Shown one piece after another: positions 1-9,500 of a stretch of 64,000 nucleotides of DNA (position 1 is the first letter of the stretch; every line of letters begins with the position of its first letter). Origin of the DNA: Oscillospiraceae bacterium (lineage in GTDB: Bacteria > Bacillota > Clostridia > Oscillospirales > Acutalibacteraceae); the NCBI GenBank assembly GCA_902792985.1, contig CADBBT010000004.1:55235-119234 (forward strand). The letters are read 5' to 3'. The position numbers and the translations under genes were made by a program. The notes under the pieces are model-generated. The model saw nothing but the letters and a program-made list of their open reading frames with translations, had not been told where the DNA came from and searched no databases.

Positions 1-1
1 G

Positions 2-286
2 CTGGTGCGCGACATCAACACAAACGTCAATGAGGGCGTGCAGAGCAAGGCGCTTGTGACGGCTGCCATCGAAGCGCTGGATGAACTCACCGGCGTGCTC
101 GGCCTGCTGTATAACCGTCAAAAGAAGGATGACCTTGATTCAGAGATCGAAGCGCTGATTGAACAGCGCACGGCTGCCCGCAAGGCGAAAAACTGGGCCG
201 AAGCCGACCGCATCCGCGATGAGCTTAAGGCGCGCGGCATCGTGCTGGAAGACACACCCCAAGGCGTGAAGTGGAGCAGAGCGTGA
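2..286 (+). CDS. cysS: cysteine--tRNA ligase, C-terminal fragment (5' end lies outside the window)
   Basis: Frame is open from the window edge. The tail EALIEQRTAARKAKNWAEADRIRDELKARGIVLEDTPQGVKW is the characteristic CysRS C-terminal helical region. Confidence 0.8.
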   Translation: MVRDINTNVNEGVQSKALVTAAIEALDELTGVLGLLYNRQKKDDLDSEIEALIEQRTAARKAKNWAEADRIRDELKARGIVLEDTPQGVKWSRA

Positions 287-487
287 TTTCATTCGCAGTG
301 CATAATGAAGGGCACAAAGCCCTCTTGCTGCCTGTTTAACGAACGCTTTTCACTTGTTTTGATTTAAAACTATCCGACAAAAACACTTGACGGACGCGGA
401 AAAAACCTTGCGTTTCATGTTTTTTCCGCGGCTGCAATTTCAAATTCCGAATTCATCATTCCGAATGAAAAAAGGGGGTGACCGCGC

Positions 488-1264
488 TTGATCCCAAATG
501 CAACCGCGCCCATCGGCGTTTTCGATTCCGGCGCGGGCGGCATCAGTGTGCTCAAACGACTTTGGACGCTGATGCCGAATGAAAACTATATCTATTTCGG
601 TGATTCCGCCAACGCGCCCTACGGCGTGCGCCCGGTGGAGGAGATCCGCGCGCTGACGGTCGCGGCGGTGGAAAAGCTGCTTTCCCTTGGCTGCAAGGCG
701 ATTGTGCTTGCCTGCAACACGGCGACCAGCGCGGCGGCGCAAGATCTGCGTGCAACGTATCCGGAACTGCCGATCATCGGGCTGGAGCCGGCGCTGAAAC
801 CGGCGGCGCTTTCCGGCGGACATCCGACGGTTGTGGTCATGGCAACGCCCGTGACGCTGCGCGAAGAAAAATTTACGCGCCTGACCGAGCGGTTCAAGGA
901 TGACTGCAATCTGATCAAGCTTCCGGCGCCCGAACTGGTGACACTGGTGGAGCAAAACAAAATGGGCACGCCGGAGTTGGCGGCGTACCTGAAAGCCCTG
1001 TTTGCGCCCTTGAAAGAAACGCGCATCGACTGCCTTGTGCTCGGCTGCACGCATTTTCCGTTTGCAAAGCGCGAAATCAAAGCGCTGCTTGGCGCACAGG
1101 TCAAGCTGTTTGACGGTGCGGTCGGCGAAGCAAAGTATACAAAAGTTGTGCTTGAAGAACGCGGTCTGCGCGCGCCTTTGGAGGCAAAGGGCGAGATTTG
1201 CTTCTTGTCAAGCGATGAAACAAAGCTGCCTTTGCTGCGGCAGCTCTTCGATTTTGAATTGTGA
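488..1264 (+). CDS. murI: glutamate racemase
   Basis: IGVFDSGAGGISVLK, LACNTATSAA and LGCTHFPF motifs. TTG start sits 8 nt after AAGGGGGTG. Confidence 0.9.
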   Translation: MIPNATAPIGVFDSGAGGISVLKRLWTLMPNENYIYFGDSANAPYGVRPVEEIRALTVAAVEKLLSLGCKAIVLACNTATSAAAQDLRATYPELPIIGLEPALKPAALSGGHPTVVVMATPVTLREEKFTRLTERFKDDCNLIKLPAPELVTLVEQNKMGTPELAAYLKALFAPLKETRIDCLVLGCTHFPFAKREIKALLGAQVKLFDGAVGEAKYTKVVLEERGLRAPLEAKGEICFLSSDETKLPLLRQLFDFEL

Positions 1265-1273
1265 GGTAAAACT

Positions 1274-1693
1274 ATGCTGACAAAAAAAGTGAACGATACC
1301 ATCATCGCCCGTCTCGACAAAGGCGAGGAGATCCTCGGCTGTCTGCGTGCCGTCTGCGCCGAATATGCGGTTCGCGCAGCCTCCATCAGCGGCATCGGCG
1401 CGGTGAAGGGCACAACGATCGGCATGTACGATATGGAGACCGGTCGCTATTCCGATTTGAAGCTGCCGAACTTCATGGAGCTGACAAACCTTTCCGGCAA
1501 TGTTTCGGCGCTGAACGGGGAGACCTATCTCCATGTGCATATCACGCTTGCCGACGAGAACGGTCATGCCTTCGGCGGCCATCTCAAGGAAGCTCTCATC
1601 GGCGCCACGGCAGAGATCTTTGTGACTGTGTTCGATACCAACATTGACCGCGCACGCGACGAAGCGACGGGCCTGAACACGTTTCACTGGTAA
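1274..1693 (+). CDS. PPC (DUF296) domain DNA-binding-like protein
   Basis: 139 aa with the pattern RLDKGEEI...GIGAV...LSGN...HVHITL...GGHL typical of PPC/DUF296 proteins. Confidence 0.65.
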   Translation: MLTKKVNDTIIARLDKGEEILGCLRAVCAEYAVRAASISGIGAVKGTTIGMYDMETGRYSDLKLPNFMELTNLSGNVSALNGETYLHVHITLADENGHAFGGHLKEALIGATAEIFVTVFDTNIDRARDEATGLNTFHW

Positions 1694-1694
1694 C

Positions 1695-2393
1695 ATGACA
1701 GAGCTTCAAAAGGAACTCAAGGAGCTCCTCCTGCGGGAAGGGGCAGGGGACGTCGGCTTTTGCCGGGTGGACGACGGCGATTTCGGTGACTGCGTTTACG
1801 CGGTCAGTATCGCTGTGCCGCTGAGCGATGCGATCGTGGATGAGATCGACGGCACGCCGACGCACACCTATTTCAACCATTATCGCTCCATCAACGCCTT
1901 CATCGACAGTCTGCTGCTGAAAACGGGTCTGTTCTTGCAGCGTCACGGTTACCGTTATATCACCGTTGCCGCGTCGCAAAGCATCAACAAGGACGGCTGG
2001 AACTACAAGGGCCGCTATTCGCATAAGAAGGCGGCAGTGTTGTCCGGGCTCGGCACCGTGGGGAAAAGCTCTATGTTTTTGCATCGGACGTTCGGCACGC
2101 GCGTGCGGTTGGGCACAGTGTTTACCGACTGCCCGTTTGATGTGCCGTCGGTGCTGCCCGCGTCGCTGTGCGGCGACTGTGATCTGTGTGTGAAAGCCTG
2201 CCCGTCCGGCGCGATCAGCGGAAAGACGTGGGCGCCCGGTGTGCCGCGCGAAGAGCTGTTCGACCCGGAAAAATGCAGCACCTATATGAAAACGGCGTTT
2301 CAACGCATTGGTCGCGGCGCAGTCTGCGGCGTGTGCATGGAGGTTTGTCCGTTCGGTGGGTCGGCCGCATCGAAGAATAAAACAACCAACTGA
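1695..2393 (+). CDS. QueG-like 4Fe-4S dicluster protein (short form, function uncertain)
   Basis: CGDCDLCVKACPSGAI and CGVCMEVCPFG ferredoxin motifs. The N-terminal half resembles the QueG/reductive-dehalogenase fold, but the protein is only 232 aa. Confidence 0.55.
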   Translation: MTELQKELKELLLREGAGDVGFCRVDDGDFGDCVYAVSIAVPLSDAIVDEIDGTPTHTYFNHYRSINAFIDSLLLKTGLFLQRHGYRYITVAASQSINKDGWNYKGRYSHKKAAVLSGLGTVGKSSMFLHRTFGTRVRLGTVFTDCPFDVPSVLPASLCGDCDLCVKACPSGAISGKTWAPGVPREELFDPEKCSTYMKTAFQRIGRGAVCGVCMEVCPFGGSAASKNKTTN

Positions 2394-2414
2394 TGCCAAA
2401 GGGCAAAAAAGAAG

Positions 2415-2442
2415 GCTCCGCTGCAGCGCAGGGAGCTTTTTT
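2415..2442 (+). terminator. intrinsic terminator after the 4Fe-4S protein gene
   Basis: GCTCCGCTGC/GCAGGGAGC hairpin followed by TTTTTT. Confidence 0.6.
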
Positions 2443-2514
2443 GTGTGAAACAGCTGACGGCCGTTCCGCTGACAACGTGAATCTTCTGTGACGCAGAGCC
2501 AGAAAACGCAAAAC

Positions 2515-2550
2515 AAAAGACAGTGACTTGAAAGCAAATCACTGTCTTTT
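2515..2550 (-). terminator. terminator of the tRNA operon (hairpin usable from both strands)
   Basis: AAAAGACAGTGA ... TCACTGTCTTTT, a 12-bp stem flanked by A and T runs, directly 3' of tRNA-Cys. Confidence 0.65.
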
Positions 2551-2551
2551 C

Positions 2552-2626
2552 TGGAGGTACCACCCGGATTTGAACCGGGGCATAACGGTTTTGCAGACCG
2601 TTGCCTTACCACTTGGCTATGGTACC
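2552..2626 (-). tRNA. tRNA-Cys (GCA)
   Basis: Reverse complement GGTACCATAGCCAAGTGGTAAGGCAACGGTCTGCAAAACCGTTATGCCCCGGTTCAAATCCGGGTGGTACCTCCA. Cloverleaf folds, anticodon loop is CTGCAAA, CCA is encoded. Confidence 0.93.
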
Positions 2627-2629
2627 ACA

Positions 2630-2705
2630 TGGAGCGGATGACGGGGCTCGAACCCGCTACCTCCACCTTGGCAAGGTGGCGCTCTACCAGATGAGCTACA
2701 TCCGC
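2630..2705 (-). tRNA. tRNA-Gly (GCC)
   Basis: Reverse complement GCGGATGTAGCTCATCTGGTAGAGCGCCACCTTGCCAAGGTGGAGGTAGCGGGTTCGAGCCCCGTCATCCGCTCCA. Anticodon loop is TTGCCAA. Confidence 0.93.
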
Positions 2706-2724
2706 ATATGCCGGTGAGACAAAA

Positions 2725-2801
2725 TGGCGACCCGGAACGGGCTCGAACCGTCGACCTCTAGCGTGACAGGCTAGCGTTCTAACCAACTGAACTACCGGGC
2801 C
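2725..2801 (-). tRNA. tRNA-Asp (GTC)
   Basis: Reverse complement GGCCCGGTAGTTCAGTTGGTTAGAACGCTAGCCTGTCACGCTAGAGGTCGACGGTTCGAGCCCGTTCCGGGTCGCCA. Anticodon loop is CTGTCAC. Confidence 0.93.
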
Positions 2802-2827
2802 GTGTGCTGTCTCACAGCGGCTCATAT

Positions 2828-2856
2828 ACTATAACAAAAAAGAACGCGTTTGTCAA
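2828..2856 (-). promoter_or_regulatory. sigma-A type promoter of the tRNA-Asp/Gly/Cys operon
   Basis: Minus strand reads TTGACA, a 17-nt spacer, then TATAGT, about 25 nt upstream of tRNA-Asp. Confidence 0.7.
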
Positions 2857-2898
2857 TGGATAACGCAAATTTTTTTCAGTTTTTTCCCGAAAAAAATA

Positions 2899-3066
2899 TT
2901 ATTCCGCTTCCGAAAAGGATTCAAAAAAATGAAATCTCCGCTTGTTGTCAAAAACGTTCGGGTTGTCGGGTTCTTCTTCCTCTTCTTTCGGCAAAAAGAT
3001 GGCAATATAATTGAAGATTCTGAAAAAGAACAGCAAAAAAGAATGAAAAGCAGCAAATTGAATCAT
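2899..3066 (-). CDS. possible 55-aa small membrane protein (hypothetical)
   Basis: AGGAGG lies 8 nt before the ATG. Product MIQFAAFHSFLLFFFRIFNYIAIFLPKEEEEEPDNPNVFDNKRRFHFFESFSEAE has one hydrophobic helix and an acidic tail. It sits in an AT-rich 300-bp spacer and I recognise no homology. Confidence 0.3.
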   Translation of the reverse strand: MIQFAAFHSFLLFFFRIFNYIAIFLPKEEEEEPDNPNVFDNKRRFHFFESFSEAE

Positions 3067-3153
3067 TTTCTGCGCCTCCTTACTCATTATAAGCATAATA
3101 ACACAAGGTTTTCCGGTTTGTGTCATTGAAATGTAAATAAACCGTTAATAATG

Positions 3154-3187
3154 AGAAAAACAGCCGCTGCAAGCGCGGCAGCGGCTG
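3154..3187 (-). terminator. intrinsic terminator after upp
   Basis: Minus strand CAGCCGCTGC...GCAGCGGCTG hairpin followed by TTTTTCT. Confidence 0.7.
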
Positions 3188-3201
3188 AAGCTTCAAAGCG
3201 A

Positions 3202-3834
3202 TTATTTTGTGCCGAAGATGCGGTCGCCGGCGTCGCCGAGACCCGGAACGATATAACCGATCTCGTTGAGCTTTTCATCTTTTGCGGCGCAAAAGATCGA
3301 CACATCCGGATGTACCTTGGTAAACGCGTCGATTCCCTCGGGCGCAGCGATCAGGCACATGAAACGGATGGAGCGCGGATTGCGTTTTTTGATCTGCGCA
3401 ACGGCGTCAATAGCAGAGCCGCCGGTGGCAAGCATGGGATCGACAACGATCACGTCGCGCATTTCAATGTCCTTGGGCAGCTTGCAGAAATATTCCACGG
3501 GCTGCAGCGTTGTTTCGTCGCGATACAGACCGATATGACCGATACGCGCGGAGGGGATCATCTTGCTCACGCCGTCAACCATGCCGAGACCTGCGCGCAA
3601 AATCGGAACAATGGCAAGCTTTTTGCCGGCCAGATGCTTGGCTGTGGTCTTGCCCATCGGCGTTTCGATCTCCACGTCCTCCAGCGGAAGGTCACGCGTA
3701 GCTTCATAGCACATCAGCATGGCGATCTCCGAAACGAGTTCGCGAAAATCCTTGGAGCTGGTCTGCTTGTCGCGCAGGATGGAAAGCTTATGCTGAATGA
3801 GCGGATGGTCATAAATCGTTACGTTGCTGTTCAT
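3202..3834 (-). CDS. upp: uracil phosphoribosyltransferase
   Basis: [22 protein letters not shown]..., [15 protein letters not shown] motif and [17 protein letters not shown] tail. I chose the internal ATG at 3834; the ORF-track start at 3987 adds a non-homologous extension. Confidence 0.92.
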   Translation of the reverse strand: MNSNVTIYDHPLIQHKLSILRDKQTSSKDFRELVSEIAMLMCYEATRDLPLEDVEIETPMGKTTAKHLAGKKLAIVPILRAGLGMVDGVSKMIPSARIGHIGLYRDETTLQPVEYFCKLPKDIEMRDVIVVDPMLATGGSAIDAVAQIKKRNPRSIRFMCLIAAPEGIDAFTKVHPDVSIFCAAKDEKLNEIGYIVPGLGDAGDRIFGTK

Positions 3835-4154
3835 GCTTTTCAAGTCCTTTCCTTCGGCACTTTGTTGCGCCCGTTTCCGATTTATTATACACCAGAGCGC
3901 AGACAATGTCAATCTTGCGCGCCGAAAAAGCTGAAAGAGTCGCCCGGAAAGAGCGGGGTGCAGCGCAGAAATGAGAATTTTTTTCACTTACGGAATCACT
4001 TTTGCTTGACATCTATTGGTTTTTGATTTATAATAACCTGTATAACAACAGGTGTTGTTATTTCTGCTGTTTCATTCGAGTAACACTACTGTAATTCTTT
4101 TGATGGTTTTTGGAACTGAAAAGCTTATTTCAAAAAGAAGGAGGTGCTGCTACT

Positions 4155-5711
4155 TTGGACAATTGGGTTTTAACTTTGATCGTCGCGATCGTTGTTGCGG
4201 TCGTGTTTGGCGTTATCGGTTTTATTCTTGGCGAAAGCCACCGCAAAAAGAAGGCTGAGGGGCTGATCGGTTCTGCGGATGAGGAAGCCACGCGGATCAT
4301 CAACCGCGCTGTCAATGAAGCCGAAACGATGAAAAAAGAAGCGATTCTGGAAGCAAAAGATGAAATTCATAAGACGAGAACCGAGACCGAAAAGGAATTG
4401 CGTGATCGCAGAAATGAAGTTCAGCGTCAGGAACGGCGCATGATCCAGAAAGAAGAAAGTCTTGATAAAAAGGTTGAAGCGCTCGAAAAGAAAGAGGAAG
4501 TCCTCAACCAAAAAATCAAACAATCCGAAAGCCAACTTGCCGAAGCAGAAAGCATCAAAAGAAGTCAGTTGGAAATGCTTGAAAAAATATCCGGCTACAC
4601 GAAAGAGCAGGCCAAGGTATATTTACTTCAGCAACTGGAAGAATCTCTCACCAGAGAAAAAGCCGTGAAAATCATGGAATTCGAACAGAAGACCCGTGAT
4701 GAATCGGATGCGCTCGCGCGAGAGATCATTACCACCGCCATTCAGCGCTGCGCTGCCGATCAGGTGGCAGAGGCGACCGTTTCCGTTGTCACGCTGCCGA
4801 ATGACGAAATGAAAGGCCGCATCATCGGCCGCGAAGGACGCAACATCCGTACCATTGAAACCGTCACCGGCGTCGATCTCATCATCGACGACACCCCGGA
4901 GGCCATCACCGTTTCCTCCTTCAATCCCGTGCGCCGTGAGATCGCACGTCTGACGCTGGAAAAGCTGATCGCCGACGGCCGCATTCATCCCGCACTGATC
5001 GAAAAGCTTTATGAAAAAGCGAAGCGCGAGGTGGAGCAAACGATTCGCCAGGCCGGCGAACGCGCCATTGTTGACGCGGGCGTGGGCGGCGTGCATCATG
5101 AGCTGGTCAAGCTGCTCGGCGCGCTGAAATACCGCACGAGCTACGGTCAGAACGTGCTCAAGCACTCTTTGGAAGTGTCCTATATTGCCGGACTGATGGC
5201 GTCCGAACTCGGCGTTGATGTGAAACTGGCAAAACGCGCCGGCTTGCTGCACGACATCGGCAAGGCGATCGACCACGAGCAGGAAGGCTCCCATGTGGAG
5301 CTCGGCGTGGAGGCTGCCCGTAAGTATAAAGAAAACGAGACAGTCCTCAATGCCATTCAGGCGCATCACGGCGATGTGGAACCGAAGACCCTTGTGGCTG
5401 TGCTTGTACAGGCCGCAGACGCAATTTCCGCTGCGCGCCCGGGTGCAAGACGCGAAAACCTGCAAAACTATATCAAGCGTTTGCAGAAGCTCGAGGAGCT
5501 GTCAAAATCCTTCAAGGGCGTGGACAGCGCCTATGCCATTCAGGCAGGCCGTGAGGTGCGCATCATTGTGAAGCCCGAGCAGGTCAGCGACGAAAAGATG
5601 GCGCTGCTTGCACGGCAGATCGTGGAAAAGATCGAGCAGGAGCTCGAGTATCCCGGTCAGATCAAGGTCAACATGATCCGCGAAACCCGCGTGGTCGATG
5701 TCGCAAAATAA
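4155..5711 (+). CDS. rny: ribonuclease Y
   Basis: N-terminal TM helix, coiled-coil, KH domain ([12 protein letters not shown]) and HD domain (LLHDIGKA). TTG at 4155 lies 11 nt after AAGGAGGTG; the track start at 4110 has no SD. Confidence 0.9.
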   Translation: MDNWVLTLIVAIVVAVVFGVIGFILGESHRKKKAEGLIGSADEEATRIINRAVNEAETMKKEAILEAKDEIHKTRTETEKELRDRRNEVQRQERRMIQKEESLDKKVEALEKKEEVLNQKIKQSESQLAEAESIKRSQLEMLEKISGYTKEQAKVYLLQQLEESLTREKAVKIMEFEQKTRDESDALAREIITTAIQRCAADQVAEATVSVVTLPNDEMKGRIIGREGRNIRTIETVTGVDLIIDDTPEAITVSSFNPVRREIARLTLEKLIADGRIHPALIEKLYEKAKREVEQTIRQAGERAIVDAGVGGVHHELVKLLGALKYRTSYGQNVLKHSLEVSYIAGLMASELGVDVKLAKRAGLLHDIGKAIDHEQEGSHVELGVEAARKYKENETVLNAIQAHHGDVEPKTLVAVLVQAADAISAARPGARRENLQNYIKRLQKLEELSKSFKGVDSAYAIQAGREVRIIVKPEQVSDEKMALLARQIVEKIEQELEYPGQIKVNMIRETRVVDVAK

Positions 5712-5762
5712 GCAAACGAAAGGAAGGGCAGTCTCGAGGGACTGCCCTTTTTTGGAGGACAA

Positions 5763-6374
5763 ATGGACATTCTTTATCAGGACGACGCGCTCATCGTCTG
5801 CGTCAAGCCGCGCGGCGTCCTTGCACAGGAGGCGCCGGGACAGGCGAATATGGTGTCTTTGCTGCGCGAGGCAACAAACGGCGAAATTTTTCCCCTCCAC
5901 CGGCTTGACCGCGAGGTGACGGGTGTCATGGTGTATGCCAAAACAAAAGCGGCTGCTGCGGCGCTTTCCGCGCAAATTGCAGCGCACACATTCCGAAAAA
6001 CCTACGTCGCCCGCGTGCACGGAGTTCCCGAACCGCAAAAGGGCACATGGGAGGATCTGCTGTTCAAGGACAGTGCAAAAAACAAGGTTTTTGTGGTGCG
6101 GCGGGAAAGAAAAGGCGTCAAGCGCGCCGTGTTGTCCTATGAGGTGCTCGCTGTGGACGCGCAGGGCAACGCGCTTGTGAAAATTGCGCTGCAAACCGGC
6201 CGCACCCACCAGATTCGCGTGCAGTTTGCTTCCCGCCGCCATCCGCTGCTCGGCGACCGCAAATACGGCGCACGGGACGAAGCGACCTTTTTGCATCTGC
6301 AATCGCAGTCCCTTGCGTTCTCTCATCCGGTCACCGGGGAGCGGATGACGTTTTCGATACAAAATGAATGGTGA
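5763..6374 (+). CDS. RluA-family RNA pseudouridine synthase
   Basis: HRLDREVTGVMVYAKT catalytic motif and the GRTHQIRVQ motif. Confidence 0.85.
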   Translation: MDILYQDDALIVCVKPRGVLAQEAPGQANMVSLLREATNGEIFPLHRLDREVTGVMVYAKTKAAAAALSAQIAAHTFRKTYVARVHGVPEPQKGTWEDLLFKDSAKNKVFVVRRERKGVKRAVLSYEVLAVDAQGNALVKIALQTGRTHQIRVQFASRRHPLLGDRKYGARDEATFLHLQSQSLAFSHPVTGERMTFSIQNEW

Positions 6375-6399
6375 ATGCGGAGCATGACGCCGAAATCAG

Positions 6400-6440
6400 A
6401 AAAGACAGTCGATCGGTCTGAGCGGCTGTCTTTTTCTCTG
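6400..6440 (+). terminator. intrinsic terminator after the pseudouridine synthase gene
   Basis: AAAAGACAG ... CTGTCTTTT hairpin followed by a T-run. Confidence 0.6.
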
Positions 6441-6488
6441 TACATTGCATCTTGATGTATGGAGCGATCTACATCATGCCCATTCTCT

Positions 6489-6512
6489 CATTACGCATTG
6501 CGCATTACGCAT
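6489..6512. repeat. short tandem heptamer repeat CATTRCG x3.5
   Basis: CATTACGCATTGCGCATTACGCATT, lying between two convergent terminators. Confidence 0.6.
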
Positions 6513-6514
6513 TA

Positions 6515-6553
6515 AAAAGTTTGACCCCTCCGCAGAGGAGGAGCGGAGGGGTC
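6515..6553 (-). terminator. terminator of the 1053-aa secreted protein gene
   Basis: Minus strand GACCCCTCCGC...GCGGAGGGGTC, an 11-bp stem followed by AAACTTTTT. Confidence 0.6.
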
Positions 6554-6596
6554 GAGGGGGAAAGAAGAGCTATGAAAGCTTTTCGGAGAGGATTTG

Positions 6597-9500
6597 TTAT
6601 CTGCCGAACAGTCTCGCAAAGAAGTTGCGGATGTTGGCGAAGATGTTGCGGATGCTGTTGATGATGCGCTGGAAGAAGTTTGTGGACTGTGCCGGTTCAG
6701 GCAGCTTCGCGATCGCGGAGCCGGTCTGAACGGTTGCGCCGCAAGCCTGGCAAACTTTGTCGCCGGTGTAGCCTTCCGCGTCAACGGTTGCAGCTTTCGC
6801 GTTGCCTGCGTCGACGATCGGGCCTTCGTGGTTGTTCGCGTCAAGCGGGAGCGCCTTGTTTTCAAATGCCTTGCCGCAGGCTGCGCAGACAACGGCAGCG
6901 GTGCCGGCAGTCTTGCAGGTGGAAGCGGTGATCACGGTTTCGGTCTTTTTCGCATGAGCGCAAACGTCAACCAAAACGCCGGATTCTTTGAGCAGGTTCA
7001 GTCCGCAGGGAACGAGGTCAGCTTTGCGGTCAGCAATATCCTGCATGTTGCGCGCAGCGATCTTCGGATCGTTTTCAGCGCCGGTGAAGTATTCCTGAAC
7101 GCCGTCATAGTCGTTATAGGAAGCAGCGGAAACGGTGGTCGGGAAGAACGCCTTTACGATTCTTTCGGAAGCGTTGATGAGTGCCTTGTTGATGGACACG
7201 CCGCCTGCAACTGCGTCTTCCTTGGTCTCAGCAAGGGACAGCACGTTTGCAAAGTTGCCGTTCAGAGCATCACCGAAGATGTAACCCGGAATCTTCGCAA
7301 CGTCAGCGCCGCTCTTCACGTTGGAGAACATGGAATCCATCGGGAGCGCCTTGTAAAGGATGTCGCCGAGTTTGCCATACAGGCCGTTACCGGTGATCGG
7401 GCTGATGAACAGGCCGTCGGTCAGGGAGATGAAGCGGTCGACCAGAGCTTCGAGGGAGGCTCTCCAGTTGTTGGCGTTGTAGGAAACATTCAGTGCGAAT
7501 TGTGCTTCGCCGAGACCCAGCTCGGTGGAAATCTTGGAAACGGCGTCGTTGGCCACGCCGACTGCCCATTCAGCACCGGCGAAGATCGCCTTCGTAGCTT
7601 CCTTCATGATGTTGTCTTCCGCGTTGCCGCCCTTGGGGATGGCAGTGAAGGTATAGGCAATGCCTTCGGGAAGTTCAAACTTCGGAGCATATTCGTTGAT
7701 GAGCGCGACGAGCATATCGTCAAGGGTTGCTTCGTTCTTTACGATGGCAATGAGGTCTTTGATTTCATCCATCTCAGCGGGGATGTACTGATCAGCTTCT
7801 TTGATGAGGCTGACATACAGCGCTTCGTTGGAGGAAAGGTCAAGCTGATCGAGCATACCGAAGTCGATGGTGTCAAGGTCGATGCCTGCGGGGATGTATT
7901 CCGCAAGGTCGGGGTTGGACTTCAGGGTGTTGATCGCGTCCCTGGCGCCGTCAAGAAGTTCGGCAGCTTTGGTGCGGATGGCGGTGACGTTTGCGTCAAG
8001 CTTGTCGTTGCCGCCCTGCTGAAGGCCGACATAAGCGATGCCTTCCGGAGAGAGAATCATGGAAGCGGCGTCGTAAAGCACACGGTTGGCCTGGCCGACA
8101 GCGCCCTTGTAAGTGTCGTAGTATTTGATGAAGTTGAAGAGGTCAGCGTCGTAAACAACGTCGTCTTTGACATAACCCAGCAGGGTCTTCACGCTGTCAA
8201 GGTCGATGTCGCTGTTGCCGGAAAGGTTGTTGACAACGACGGTCACGAAAGCGGGATCCTTGAACATGTCGCCGATCGCGGTCTTGATCGCGCTGACAGC
8301 AGCGTTCTTTACAATGTCGTTGAACATGGAGTACATGCCGCCGAGATCAACCGTTGTTGCATCGGGATTCAGCAGGTCGGTCGTTACGGTTGCAGCGATG
8401 GGGGAAGTGATGTTGACTTTCGCCGTTGCACTTTCCACTTTTGCCTGCACTGCGAAGGAGTCGTCGTCCTTATAAGCCTTGTAGGAGAAGGTCGCGGTGG
8501 CGTCGGAGATATTGAACGCAACGCCGCTGATGTTTGCGCCCTGGCCGTTGACGTTGTTCTGCAGGGTTTGAAGAACTGCCTTTTCCACATCGTCAAGGAC
8601 GATTCTCAGGGGAAGAAGACCCGCAAGATCGGTGTCGGAGATCACGCCGTCAATGCCGGAAACGTCGATGATGACGTCTTTGCCCCAGGCTTCGGAAGCG
8701 GTGTTGACAAGCGCAGCGTCCGCAGCGGTCATCTCGGAGTTCTTGAGCACCTCGATCTCAGTATTCGCATACTGATCCATGGTGTCCTTCGCCTGATCGT
8801 TCGCATAGATCGTGGGCATATAGTCGTCGAGGTTTGTGCTGGTGGGCGTATATTCCGCATAGGGGTTCTTGCCGGTGTAGCCGATGGAAAGCACGGGCAT
8901 TTCAATGTCTTTGAGCGCGTTCTTTGCTTCGCCCAGCGCCGGAGCGATGGCGTCAACGATTGCCTGGCCCATGGTGTCGAGGTCGGCTTTGTAATCGTTC
9001 TGCAGCAGGCCGATGTAAGCCTTGATGATGGCATAAACGTCGGTGGAAGCGTCTTTCGTGCTGAATGCGTCGAACGCAGTCTTAGATGCGTCGGTCTTGA
9101 GAAGGTCTCTCAGGAGCGTGCCGATGCCGCTGCCGTGGATGCCGTTGTTGAGCGTGTCGTCAAAGGTTTCACCTGCGGGAATGGTGTAGCCCATTTCACG
9201 AGCGATTTCTGCAGTGAACTTATCCTGAATGTCAAAGCCGTTCTTCAGGTAGTCATTGTAGAAGCTCTTCACGGTTTCGTTGGTGTATTCGTCGCTCTCA
9301 ATGAATTCGCCGATCTTGCCGTAATCAAACGGTTCGCCGTCGGGCGTCCAGGAGAAGACTTTGCCGAACACTTCTTTGTTTGCGGCCATGAAGTCGATCA
9401 TGCCGTTGATGAAGCCGATGTCGCCATTCTTGTTGCGGTCAACGATCTTGTCCCATGCGGTGAGATTTTTGAAGTCGCCGCCGATGGTGTCAAGCACGCC

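Noticed and set aside
396-432. 10-11-bp hairpin GCGGAAAAAAC...GTTTTTTCCGC upstream of murI as a riboswitch or attenuator
   Set aside because: It is an isolated A/T-run hairpin with no conserved riboswitch core. It may be the cysS terminator or part of the murI promoter region, and I could not support a specific call.
1596-2825. 409-aa minus-strand ORF
   Set aside because: It runs straight through three tRNA genes and two terminators and lies antisense to the 4Fe-4S protein gene, so it is not a plausible CDS.
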